A DNA stretch of 64,000 bases. Origin: Phoronis australis (taxonomy: Eukaryota > Animalia > Phoronida). Location of the stretch: contig NMRA01000207.1 of assembly GCA_002633005.1 (NCBI GenBank), positions 117,408 to 181,407 of the forward strand. The letters run 5' to 3'. The first letter of the stretch is position 1, and each line of letters begins with the position of its first letter. A program made the translations under genes and the position numbers. The notes beneath the pieces were generated by a model. The model had not been told where the DNA came from, did no database searches, and saw only the letters and a list, made by a program, of their open reading frames with translations. Of the stretch, positions 1-11,900 are shown in pieces.

Positions 1-1
1 C

Positions 2-421
2 CTCAAGGTGTTCACGCGGGCGTCAGATCTCGACAACGATGCCATTTATCCCATGTTTCTAATCGCCACCATTAAACAGTTACTTGGTTCGAATGCTGAC
101 GCATCAGCAGAATACAAAGAGGTCCTAAAGAAGTCACCTGACTACGTACCCGCGTTGAAAGGACTCGGAGAGTCGTACATCATGCTGGCAAAGAAGTCAT
201 TGTTGGAATTTTTCGATGGCAAGGCCGTTAGTTACTGCGAGCAGGCGTGGTGTGCGCTCACTCGTGCAGCAACCCATCGTTCGAGTCTGAGTTGTCTGTG
301 GAAGTTACTGGGCGACGCCTGTACGGTTCTACACTGTGTGTCTGATGACAAGGTGTTCAAGGTACCCGGGAAATTGTTGGATGCTAAGTCAGAGGTTGGA
401 CAGTATAGAGAGCTGGGGAAG
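2..421 (+). CDS. TTC37: TTC37/SKI3 TPR protein, internal exon (5' end probably outside window)
   Basis: LKVFTRASDLD...PDYVPALKGLGE...SCLWKLLGDAC resembles TTC37; donor AAG|GTAAGG at 421/422, phase 0. Confidence 0.9.
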
Positions 422-845
422 GTAAGGTATTGGCCATGCCATTTAATTAAGGTTATATGAGATAGGGTCTTATTGCACTTTTAGTCACATATCTTCAAAA
501 CTATAGCTGACAGAATTTAACTCTTAAAAAGCAATCTTATTTTGTTAGAGTAGAAAACTTGAAAAATATATTTTTTAGTTATTACCAATTTGATGTTCAT
601 TTCAGATGTTAATGTGAGAGATGAAATCTCAAAAACACTGTTGCAATTATGTTTTTTAAATTAATGTAATTCATATCAGATTTCTTTCTTTTTCAATTTT
701 TTGAGTTTGTTATGAAAATCTGATTTCTTCTTTTAGTGGAACTTTTTGAAAACTATTGAATGTTGCATCTTGTGGAAACTGTGGAATTTTGGAATTGATC
801 TAAAGCTAGACTGTATGCTACAACAGTTACTTGTCTTGACTTCAG

Positions 846-1065
846 ATGGAGCTTTTGTCTCTTGGTGCAAGATGTTATGGGACAGCCATCAAAATCCAGT
901 CTGATTGCTCCAGCCTGTGGCATGACCTCGGGGTCAACTATTTTCGACAAGCCCAGCATACTCAGTGCACAGATTTAGCCAAGGAATGTGTGGATAAATC
1001 AATGAAGGCCCTGCGTAAGGCTCTGTCCATTGAATCTTCCAACCACAGGCACTGGAATGCTCTAG
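846..1065 (+). CDS. TTC37: TTC37 exon
   Basis: ttcag| MELLSLGARCYG...LWHDLGVNYFRQ...HWNAL G|gtatg; phase 0 to 1. Confidence 0.92.
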
Positions 1066-1981
1066 GTATGATAGGTCACGTGTTTACTTGTTAACAATTT
1101 GATGACATTTTTGGATGTTAAGTTGAATTGGCTTTTTGCCTGATCTAACTGTATTGGTTGGATTGTTATGTTCACAGGGCTTGACGCTTAGCGTAATGTC
1201 AACTCGACAAATTGAACCTGGCAAAATCCCAAGTTGCCAAGTGGCAAATGAGGTCTCCAAAACAACCAAACCATGTAAATGGGGTTACGTAAGTCCTGAT
1301 CCTACAAACGCGCATAGTTTGCAACAGTCCAAAATGAAGAAAACACGATTATCTGAATTGAAGGTTTGGCAAAGTGAGCAAATGTCCATGCCGGTAAACT
1401 GAGATTGAGCAGGCTGGTAATTCAAGGGAAAGTTCAAGCAGGGTATATTGTGTGCTCAGTAATGACCAAATTCCACCTCAAGCTAAACATATTAAGCTGG
1501 CTCACCTCCTATATGTATGGAAGGGAAAAGCAGACAATTGTGGTATGTTGTCTATGCATGAATTATTGCATGGTTTTGAATACAGCAGTTTTCAAGAGAA
1601 ACTAGCGTCAAAATACTGCCAGTTTAGTGGAGCCTTTGTAGCAATAAAGTAGTGTTTTTGTTAAACATTTCTCAGATAATTTGACGTTATTGCACCTAAC
1701 CACTTCTTGTTTATTTATGTAATGTACTTTTGCAGAATGTTGTCATCATTTCGACAACGTGCGTCACACCTGTTAAGATTTAGCCACAATTTATTGAAAC
1801 AGGTTGTAGTCGATTGGATGTTTGGTCGCAGTTTTGTTGGCCAAATCTTTGTTAAATTTTGCCATTGTCCAGTTTATTTTGAAAACTACAACAGTACTGA
1901 ACGTCAAATTAGAATGTAATTCTATCCAAAAGCTTAATATGTTTACTCATTGAAATTTAGTAATTCCTGTCAATCTTGCAG

Positions 1982-2190
1982 GTGTTGTAACATGTTCATC
2001 AATTGTTGACGATCCCGCCCTGGCCCAGCACTGCTTCATCAAGTCGATAGATTGCGAAAGTAACAATGTGTGGGCATGGACAAACCTTGGCGCCCTCTAT
2101 CTGTCCAAAGACAATATTCAGCTGGCTCACGAGGCTTTCAAGGTGGCCCAGTCGCTGAGTCCAAAATATGTGGCATGTTGGGTGGGGCAG
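1982..2190 (+). CDS. TTC37: TTC37 exon (not in ORF track)
   Basis: ttgcag| (G)VVTC...[12 protein letters not shown]...[10 protein letters not shown]...[22 protein letters not shown] |gtggg; matches the recalled TTC37 [35 protein letters not shown] block. Confidence 0.95.
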
Positions 2191-2729
2191 GTGGGTGAAC
2201 TTGGGTCATCAAAAACTGACTAAAAAGCTTTCCCATGGTCTCTGTTTATATTGCTGTCATTTTGTGTTTTAGTCAGTTTGTTATATTGAAGATGAAAATC
2301 ACTTTGTTTTTGTTTTTGGGAAATAAGAACATTTGCGAACACTTCCCACGTGAAGCTATCCTTGCGGACATGTTTAATGGTCATTTAGCCGTATCAGAAT
2401 ATTATGTAAAAATCGCTGTAGAAGTTAAAAAACAAGCTATATTTAAGTAAAAATTGTATTGACTGCCTTACAAAATATAATAAGGTGACATATATGGCCA
2501 TGTGGCTGGAGATGTTTATGTTTGTCTTGTTGATTAGATACTTGTGCTACCTTGTAACTCCATGTTACTATGATCAATATACACTCAATAGTGTGAAGTA
2601 GGTTGGGTTCTATACTCTTTTTTCTAATACAATTGTAGGTTGTCTGTCAGATTGCCATTGAGTGCATGTGTAGACAAGAAGTCAAATTATAATGATTATC
2701 ACATCTCACCTCTTACATCTTTTCCGCAG

Positions 2730-2946
2730 GCGATCATTGCTGAGCTGGTTGGCCACGAGGATGCCATGGACTTGTTCCGCCACACGTCTGAACTGGCCAA
2801 TCACGTGGAGTCGTGCCTGGGGTACGGCCACTGGGTGTGCTGCATTCTGCTGGACTCGACCCGAAGGAACACTGAGATGTTCCAGTATTGTATCCACCAG
2901 ATGGCAGCCATACCTGCTGCCTCCGACTGTCTAGCCAGATACTTGG
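2730..2946 (+). CDS. TTC37: TTC37 exon
   Basis: ccgcag| AIIAELVGHEDAMDLFRHTSEL...GYGHWVC...LARYL G|gtaaa; phase 0 to 1. Confidence 0.93.
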
Positions 2947-3379
2947 GTAAAAGGGCCAGAGCAACATTAATGCTCAATACATGTCGCGCATATTTTGTCA
3001 AATATCCATCAACAAGACAGCAAATAGATGCTTAGATGACGGGTGGCCAGTCTCCGGGCTCTCTGAAGCCATTCCTTAGTTGCCCTACCAGACATCCAGT
3101 ATTGCCTGTTCTACAAAATATTCTCTTGACCTAGCTGTACTGTGGGATGCATTCAGTTGTTCACTGGTGAAAATGTTTTCCTAAATCCATTGCAGGATTA
3201 TTAAGAGCCAGTCAAAACTTCTTGAAGATAATTAAAATTGTTGATTTCAGCTAACTGGCTGCAAGCAATATGGCATCTAAACATTTGTTTTCATATTACA
3301 CTTGTGACTTCATTACAAAGTACATAACATACAAGGGATTTAGGGATAGTATAACAGTGGCTCAGTGCTGTTGTTTCAG

Positions 3380-3996
3380 AACGCATCAAGGATAACCCTG
3401 TTGCGTACAACCTGTATGGTCTGATATTGGAGAACCAGAAGCTGCGTGTATCGGCATGCGAGGCATACGCGTGTGCAATCAACCTGCTGAACGGCTCCGG
3501 TGAATCCTCCAGCCTCCTTCAGGCAGTCAGAAGCAACTATGCACGGTCACTACGTGAGAATGGCCAGTTTGACCTTGCTATTGACCAGTACAAACTGTTA
3601 TCAGAGGAGATGACCATTGAAGACAAATCTGGCCTTGCATTGACCTACTTCAAAGCAGGGGCTTACAAAGAAGCATATATTCTGTACCAGGAGGTGTCCC
3701 AAACTGATGCCATAGGACAGGATGATGTAGTTGACCTAGCAACGGCTCTCGGAGCGACCGCGGTCAAGTATGGTGATGTGAACAATGCCAAGACACACCT
3801 GTTTACCTGTGCCCAGATGGAACCGAAGGTAGCATTCCCAGCGCTGCTGGCTCTACTAGCTACTGGTCTGGTAGAGGGTGACATCACTCTGTCTGTGGCG
3901 GCGCTGCAGGAGCTAGAGAAGGTGGACTTTCACATTATCACAGATAAGCAAGCGAGAGACTTGTACACACTGTCTACACAGGTCTACAGGCTTCAA
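3380..3996 (+). CDS. TTC37: TTC37 exon
   Basis: tttcag| (E)RIKDNPVAYNLYGLILENQ...VRSNYARSL...YRLQ |gtgagt; TPR-like helices; phase 1 to 0. Confidence 0.92.
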
Positions 3997-4514
3997 GTGA
4001 GTGACTAACAAACTTCGATGACTGTGTATTTACTCTCAGACTTTTCCCCACTTTATGTTCTGTGTTCACGAAGTGTGTAACACAATCCATATCAATAGCA
4101 CTTTCCACCTATTCGCTGGCAATACGACAAATTCAAAATTGCATTTTAAATAAAATGGCATTTTAAAAACTTAAGCAGTGATTTAGATTTCATCTTGAAC
4201 CTTTACGTCAAATTAAATTTGTCCATGTTATCGATACCACGGTTTGTTGTTTTTTTACTTAATTTTGCTATTAAATTTATATAGATGGTCACGTGACCCA
4301 ATTAATGGCAAATTGGTATGCAGTTTAAAATCAAAGTCTTTGGACTTTCTACTTTCAATAAATATACACTTTGACAGACTGGGATAATTTTTGTGGTCGT
4401 TTGGTAGATATTTTGATAAATGCAGACTTAACCAGAAGGGCCTACATATTAATCTTAAAGTTTTAATTATATGTCTTGTTTTGTATTTTGTAATTTATCT
4501 CTTTTTCGTTGTAG

Positions 4515-4682
4515 GGTGCTCCTTTGGAGGCTTATCACCATATTGCCAGTGCTGTGCACAAACATCCATGGAAACAGTCACTAAGGGTGTGTCTAGCCAG
4601 AACTCTGTGTGCTGCGAGGCAATTCACTGCAGCTTTGCGGTGTTTTGAAATGGTCAGGTCAACAAAACATAATATGGATAAG
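4515..4682 (+). CDS. TTC37: TTC37 exon
   Basis: ttgtag| GAPLEAYHHIASAVHKHPWKQSLRVCLARTL...NMDK |gtatg; phase 0 to 0; AVH..P TPR motif. Confidence 0.82.
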
Positions 4683-4808
4683 GTATGAATTTGGGCTTTT
4701 AACGGATAGTTAAATATATCAAAATACAGTAGTAAAAACTTGAGTCAGTGGGAAGCAACTGGACAAGAGATTTTGTTCCAGTGTGACAAAATTTTTGTTA
4801 TGTCTGAA

Positions 4809-5133
4809 GGCCAATTTCACAAAGTAGGTCAACCATGCTCTGTTAGTTTACCCATGAATAAGCAATGGCCATCTTGACAAATGTCTCAAATCTCAGAACT
4901 CGATAGTGTCATATGAGATAAGTCCTTATGCCACTTTCAACAGATCAGTGAATGTCTTTTATTGTCTAAGTGTGATGTCTACTGCTGTTTAACGTTATAT
5001 TGAGCATTGCTTTGGTTACATGACTATTACCTTGGGACAGCTAATTTCACACAATTAAGTAAAGTCAATTTATTTATAGTTGGTTTAAGTAAAATAAGAA
5101 AAAACTTAAGCCACAATGCTTGTGAAGTGAGGC
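4809..5133. mobile_element. Possible degenerate MITE
   Basis: Imperfect inverted termini ggccaatttcacaaag ... cttgtgaagtgaggc. Confidence 0.3.
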
Positions 5134-5311
5134 ATGTCATTACTTAATGTTCTCTATGGTCGGAATGGATCTCATTGGTGTAATTTTGGCCGCATTCTTA
5201 TTTCACTTTGAATTTGGCTGTTTTTCACCTGCCCAAGCAGTGCTCAATATAACAGGAAGCAGGATACTCAAAAATCTTCAGTCTTCAGTTCTCAATTGGT
5301 GCCACTTTCAG

Positions 5312-5426
5312 GATGACATGGGACTCTTTTGCCTCTGTGCCACTGGCCAGTTACTAACGTCCCCTAGTGATGACAACAAGAACTATGCTGTGAAACTCTG
5401 CCAGAAGGCAATTCACATGTATCCAG
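5312..5426 (+). CDS. TTC37: TTC37 exon
   Basis: tttcag| DDMGLFCLCATGQLL...AVKLCQKAIHMYP G|gtttg; phase 0 to 1. Confidence 0.85.
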
Positions 5427-5893
5427 GTTTGTAAATTACGTTGTTTTCTTGCAAAATAGATATATTTGTATCAAAAAATAATTGTCATAAATAAATCAAA
5501 TATAGCTTTAATGTGTCATGTTTTGTTATTTTTGTTAACGGGGACAAGTGAAATTGAAATTCCCGTTTTTCCATCTCCAAAGGCATTTCCATTTTGAAGT
5601 TATAAATTGTTTCGTTCTATTAGCTACCACCTGGCAGTATTGTTGAAAGTTGTGGACTTTCACAACAATTTTAGAAGCCCTTGAATCTACTTCGGCAATT
5701 AGTTTTGTGCGAAAATGATGAGATTTTATGGTACCTTTCTGACTGGATGTTTTCTAATTTTGTCATTTTCTAGTTGTAGTTTACTTCAAGCAGAAATGGC
5801 AGTGAAAATGAAAACATGTTTTCAGTTGTTTATTTATGAATTTAAACCAGCCTTTGCATTGTTGTGGGCTTAAATAAAGATAAAGTTAACAAA

Positions 5894-7932
5894 TATTCTT
5901 CCGCCAAGTATGGTGGTCTGACAGCAAGTTTTTTTTTGTTCGCTCTCTACAGGTCGCAATTTTGGTCCGATTTTCACGAAATTTGCACACAACGTGTAGA
6001 TCGGGAACTGCTAGAACGCTGTTGTTTTTGGTCATGATTGGATACAAAATGGCGGACGTGGCGGCCATTTTGTATCCGATTTCACACTCAAATACTCGTA
6101 GAGGCCGCATTTTTCGACCTACATGGCTGAAAATCGGTACGAATATACTAGAACGCATGTGCTACAATTGTGCAGAAAACCGTTGACTTCCGGTTAAAGA
6201 TGGCGGAAATATTGGATGTGGCCCATGCGCACCCCGAAATATGGCTAAAAACGTTTTCTCCTGTAGAGGGCGCAATTGCAAACCAATCACTTTCAAACTG
6301 GTCACGTGTTTGTTGAGTTTAATAAGCTTTTATAAAAAATTATTGAACCGGAAGTCACCTTCAAGATGGCGGCTGTGGGGCATGTTCACACGGTTTCAAT
6401 CGCTCTGCTGTCGCATTTTTTATGGGAAGAGCAAATGACGTGAATTTTTGCATGTGGATTCCTTGAAGTATGGCCTTTCAAAAAGTCTGCGAGAGCGTAT
6501 TTCTCAGACTTACCGTTTTCGAGTTATTTGACTTTGAATTTCAAAAAAACGGCAAATTTTCAATTTTCTCGAAATTTTTTTGGATTTTTGCCAAACTATC
6601 ACTTCATATAGAATTTTGAACGGGCTTTCAGAAGATATTTTCCATTTTGCTCTACGACGTCTACTTTTTGAATTATTCGAGATTTTCGAGTACCGTTGTT
6701 CCTTCGTTCACTTATGCAAGCACACAGCTGGCTGGCATTCAGTTCACTTTATTTTGGTTATCCCTAGTTGACCCAGACTGACCCAGCCAGCACTGTCCTA
6801 CTGTAGACTGGACCGTCATGTTGCGCCATCTATTGTTCTTTATTGTAGTTGATTCAGGGCTTGGACTTTTCCGCTGAAACGCGGATTTCCGCTTTTTTCA
6901 AATGTGCTTTCCGCTTTTTTTATAATATTTCCGCGTAAAAAAAACGGATTTGATATAAAATTTCCACGGCAAATTCCTTTCTTACCGTGGCGTTGCAGAC
7001 GACGTTCACCTCAAAAAGCGGAAGTTGCTCTTTATGTTTCGGAGGAACGTAAATTGTCAACATTGCCGGGGCATCTGGGACAGCGTGGTGGGATTTTCAA
7101 TGGTGTCTCATGTTATTGTCAAGCGCCGCGACAAATACTACCGCTCTGCAGCCAAAAATGTGTGGGTTTGGAGTGGACGGGCGAGCTAAAAGGACGCAGA
7201 CGCATGCTACTGATGGTGGTAACGTTTTTTTTTTTTTTAGTCCCGATTGTCGTCGGGGGAAGGTTCACATTGACCATTTCAAGGCTGGTTATCGGGCATG
7301 ATTTGGGCTGTAAAAGTTTCTGCGTTTTTTGTCATTGGTCATTCCAAGCCCTGTTGATTTTATGTTCTCTATTTGATTTCTTCGCTAGTCACATGAATGT
7401 TATCGTGTTTGACAAACTACCACTTTAGATAGAGTTTTGAACGGGCTTTCAGAAGATAATTTCCATTTTGCGCTACGATGTCTACTTTTTGAATTATTCA
7501 AGATTTTCGGATACCGTTGTTCCTGCGGTCACGTATGCACGCAGCTGGCTGGCTTTCAGTTCACTTTGTTTTGGTTATGTCTGCACAAGTTAACAGAGAG
7601 TTGTGACCCCGACTGACCCAGGTAGCACTGTCGTACTGTAGACTGGAATTCCACGCGAAATACTATTGTAAACATAACTTTGCTCTGCAGACTGTCACGT
7701 AGTGCCACCTATTTTGGATTGCGGGAACAAAGCATGGCTCGTCCGTCATGTTGCGCTATCTATTGTTCTTTATTGTAGTTCATTATATGCTCTCTATTTG
7801 ATTTCTTCGCTAGTCACATGAATGTTACCGTTTTATTCATAATTGCCGCCTTGATCGTCATGATTGTCGTCGTCCTCCCCATTGTCGTCTTACGATTAAT
7901 TCCGCCAAGTGTCGCTCCTCCGAGCGCTCTCG
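5894..7932. mobile_element. ~2-kb composite insertion in unit copy 1, possibly a non-autonomous Helitron/Helentron-type element
   Basis: Absent from copies 2 and 3, where gttaacaaa...tttatctcttgacc is contiguous; internal direct repeat (~6608-7403 vs ~7430-7828); ends in palindrome gagcgctc + tcgttt; family is inference. Confidence 0.5.
6855..7353. mobile_element. Non-autonomous TIR element (hAT-like CAGGG termini) with 6-bp TSD
   Basis: TIR cagggcttgga...tccaagccctg; ttgatt at 6849-6854 and 7354-7359; empty site in sister repeat at ~7775-7790. Confidence 0.8.
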
Positions 7933-8235
7933 TTTATCTCTTGACCATGCCATATCACTTTTGTATGGTACTTTTTTGCACACGAACGAGATTGGTCTTG
8001 GTCTCAAGGCAGTGTTAGAGATACCACTTCCAGAAATGAGACTCCTTTTCCTTAAAACGGATGTATTTCAATCATTTTGTTCACTGAATTGTGCAATAAA
8101 TAAAGGCCTAGTAACAAATTCAATTTCAGGCCTACAAAAGTTGGGCCCTCTATAATAAAATAATTTTGACGCCGCAAATTGAATTTCTTGCTTAGAATAA
8201 GTCACCTGAAGTAATAAGCTGTTTTTGTATTCAAG

Positions 8236-8325
8236 ATTCAGTGCAAGCCTGGAGCAGTCTGCCTGTGTGTCTCCAATCGGCAACAGATGGCAGTATTAGT
8301 ACAGTTGTACCCATCAAAGCAGCAG
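8236..8325 (+). CDS. TTC37: TTC37 90-nt exon, tandem copy 1
   Basis: gtttttgtattcaag| (D)SVQAWSSLPVCLQSATDGSISTVVPIKAA G|gtgggt; phase 1-1; completes QKAIHMYP-DSVQAW TPR junction. Confidence 0.7.
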
Positions 8326-8629
8326 GTGGGTTAACTTCATAGTAGGCAGGAACTGTTAATTTTGCAGATTTGTTGAGCATTTTACTGACTACCTACGAAG
8401 ACTCAATTAGTTTAATATAAATGTTGAGTACGGCAGTTCTTCGCCTGTTTAGCACGCAATATGGCGGACAGGTGAAACTTTATTTTATCTAATTTCTGAG
8501 CTTCACTAAACATTGAGAAAATTTTAGTCAGATGTTAGCTTAGTTGTTGTGTTCACATGTCATAAAACAACATTAAATTGAGTTTACAAAATTTAGATTA
8601 GCTTTTGAAAAATAGAAAAATGACAATTT

Positions 8630-10207
8630 GTGACCCACCACCACAAAATGAGTCTTAAGTCGGGATTTGACATTTTTTTAATTGTTATATTTTCTGAAAA
8701 TGCAGTGTTTTCTCATCATTTTGAGGTATGAAACATGTCCCTATCTTCACAAATGACCGAGTTATTGCCAATTCTAGTCGGGGAAAGCGAAAATTTAGAG
8801 CTTTCAAAAGTCAAGGAAAATAGCCGACAATAAGTGCCGATAGTGTCTTTAAAATTTCCATAGCAATCTGCAGTTGAATGCTACATTTCAGACTTATTAG
8901 TATACACAACAACAAAATAAAACTAATCAAAAATTAGAAAGAATATAGACCTTATTATGTAATCTCAGCCAAAAAGGAGTGATATTCATGTTGGGTTGTT
9001 GCAACTGGGTCAATAAATTTCCCACCTAAAGTATACAAGGTCAGTCCACTTGTGGCAGGAGGGGTTACCGCAAGTAAAACAAGTAGTTAAGTGTATTTTG
9101 TAGAAGTTTAATGAAATGAAGTACTGTAGATTACAAAATACACGTTTCTGGTTGATTTTTGTTCAAAATAATTCAAAATTTTACGCTAGTGTGAATAATT
9201 TTGAAAAAATGACAATCACTCATCCCTATCCAAGTCCACTGACACTGACTGAAGAGCAACCATTTCTTTGACTTCTCACCGAGTGATTCAGCCCTATCGA
9301 AGATTGTTCTCTCTTGCAGTAATATTCAGCTGCTTGCACCCCGATCCACTGGCTTTGCAGATACAAGACATTATTGCGCGATTAAGCTAATCCGGACTGT
9401 TTTCTTCAAGTTCTGCTTGTTCCAATCCAACGACTTGGAATCCAAGATTCCAACGTAACCGTATTCGCGATGGGTCGATCATGAAACTCATCTGGCGACG
9501 AGTTGCTGTCGTCAGACGACTCGTCGCTGTCACGAAATTCCTCCTTGTCTCAATCAACAAATGTGCTCTTTGATGAGTTCAGTTAATTCTCGCTGATCTT
9601 GATACGGCAGTCAGAGGCAAGAGTTAATCACTGAGATATCAGCTACACGTCGACCAGCCATCTTACTGTCTTGAAAACATGCCGTGACCTCGCGACCCCA
9701 CAGTTTCACACCCACTTAACTAGTTCTAGCGAATGAGGTCAGTGATGCGTTGGGTTAAAAGGTCGTTGCTAGCTAAAAGACTGGTGAGTGACACTTCTGT
9801 TGAAAATACCTCGAATACATAAAGTGAAATAACGACTGATGATTGGACAAAAAACTCAAAGAGCTTACTACATGCATAATGAGCAGAGTTTGACCTTTCT
9901 GTTGATGTGTTTACGAGCGAATTGGGTCATCGGAAGACTGAGCAACGAGGACACGAAAACCGGCAAATTTCGATGAAAATTTCATGAGATATGCAGTCGT
10001 GGAGAAGGTGATGTTTTTCAAAATGAAATAAATAAGATTTTAAATGAAGTTTACTTGTTTTAAAGTATTGTTTTGTGAAGTAGAATGAATAAATAATCAA
10101 AATCTGCAATAAAAAATTTGACCTAATTTTAACCGATAGCGACTGTTTGCAGTCTGGTCGGGAAATAGAGTTTCCGACTTCAGACTCATTTTGTGGTGGT
10201 GGGTCAC
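8630..10207. mobile_element. 1578-bp TIR DNA transposon, ATTT TSD (Sola1-like by inference)
   Basis: TIR gtgacccaccaccacaaaatgagtc(t/g)... at both ends; ATTT at 8626-8629 and 10208-10211; empty site gacaATTTtagc at ~11424 and ~15319. Confidence 0.85.
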
Positions 10208-11016
10208 ATTTTAGCAACAGTTCTATTTTTGAGTGAAATGAGCATTATTAATGAGAGTTGATGATGTAGACAAAGCTTGAAAATTTCACGTCCGATTAGT
10301 TTTAACTAATGAAATGAAAACCTTCAACATGACGATTACGTAACAATGTGTGCCTAGTCCTCACATTCCAGTGAGAAGAGAAGTTCCTGCATTTCTGTAT
10401 TTAATGAAGCTATGTCCCACTAAAACCATGAATGCATTATGGCCTTTTCCCCTTGCTCCCAACATGTTCGATTCTATAGCCCAACAAGTTGGGAAGATGA
10501 CCCTGTAGCCAATATCTTAGACCACTGATTTTATGGTACCTTTCTGACTGGATGTTTTCTAATTTTGTCATTTTCTAGTTGTAGTTTACTTCAAGTAGAA
10601 ATGGCAGTGAAAATGAAAACATGTTTTCAGTTGTTTATTTATGAATTTAAACCAGCCTTTGCATTGTTGCGGGCTTAAATAAAAATAACGTTAACAAAAA
10701 ATTTTGCTTTAATTTATCTCTTGACCATGCCATATCACTTTTGTTTGGTACTTTTTTTGCACACGAACGAGATTGGTCTTGGTCTCAAGGCAGTGTTAGA
10801 GATACCACTTCCAGAAATGAGACTCCTTTTCCTTAAAACGGATGTATTTCAATCATTTTGTTCACTGAATTGTGCAATAAATAATGGCCTAGTAACAAAT
10901 TCAATTTCAGGCCTACAAAAGTTGGGCCCCCTATATTAAAATAATTTTGACGCCGCAAATTGAATTTCTTGCTTAGAATAAGTCACCTGAAATAATAAGC
11001 TGTTTTTGTATTCAAG

Positions 11017-11106
11017 ATTCAGTGCAAGCCTGGAGCAGTCTGCCTGTGTGTCTCCAATCGGCAACAGATGGCAGTATTAGTACAGTTGAACCCATCAAAG
11101 CAGCAG
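11017..11106 (+). CDS. TTC37: TTC37 90-nt exon, tandem copy 2
   Basis: Same splice sites; (D)SVQAWSSLPVCLQSATDGSISTVEPIKAA. Confidence 0.7.
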
Positions 11107-11900
11107 GTGGGTTAACTTCATAGTAGGCAGGAACTGTTAATTTTGCAGATTTGTTGAGCATTCAACTGACTACCTAGGATGACACAATCAGTCAAGCACT
11201 ACTTATTTCATGAATTAGTTTAATATAAATGTTGAGTACGGCAGTTCTTCGCCTATTTAGCACGCAATATGGCGGACATGTGAAACTTTATTTTATCTAA
11301 TTTCTGAGCTACACTAAACATTGAGAAAATTTTAGTTAGGTGTTAGCTTAGTTGTGTTCACATGTCGTAAAACAACATTAAATTGAGTTTACAAAATTTA
11401 GATTAGCTTTAAAATAGAAAAATGACAATTTTAGCAACAGTTCTATTTTTGAGTGAAATAAGCATTATTAATGAGAGTTGATGATGTAGACAAAGCTTGA
11501 AAATTTCACGTCCGATTAGTTTTAACTAATGAAATGAAAACCTTCAACATGACAATTACATAACAATGTGTGCCTAGTCCTCACATTCCAATGAGAAGAG
11601 AAGTTCCTGCATTTCTGTATTTAATGAAGCTATGTCCCAGTAAAACCATGAATACATTATGGCCTTTTCCCCTTGCTCCCAACATGTTCGATTCTATAGC
11701 CCAACAAGTTGGGAAGATGACCCCCGTAGCCAATATCTTACACCACTGATTTTATGGTACCTTTCTGACTGGATGTTTTCTAATTTTGTCATTTTCTAGT
11801 TGTAGTTTACTTCAAATAGAAATGGCAGTGAAAATGAAAAACATGTTTTCAGTTGTTTATTTATGAATTTAAACCAGCCTTTGCATTGTTGTGGGCTTAA

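Noticed and set aside
6904-7428. 174-aa ORF
   Set aside because: It crosses the boundary of a non-autonomous TIR element and has no transposase motif.
8281-8293. CAACAGATGGCAG as a CTCF site in each unit
   Set aside because: It lies inside the inferred TTC37 exon (ATDGS codons).
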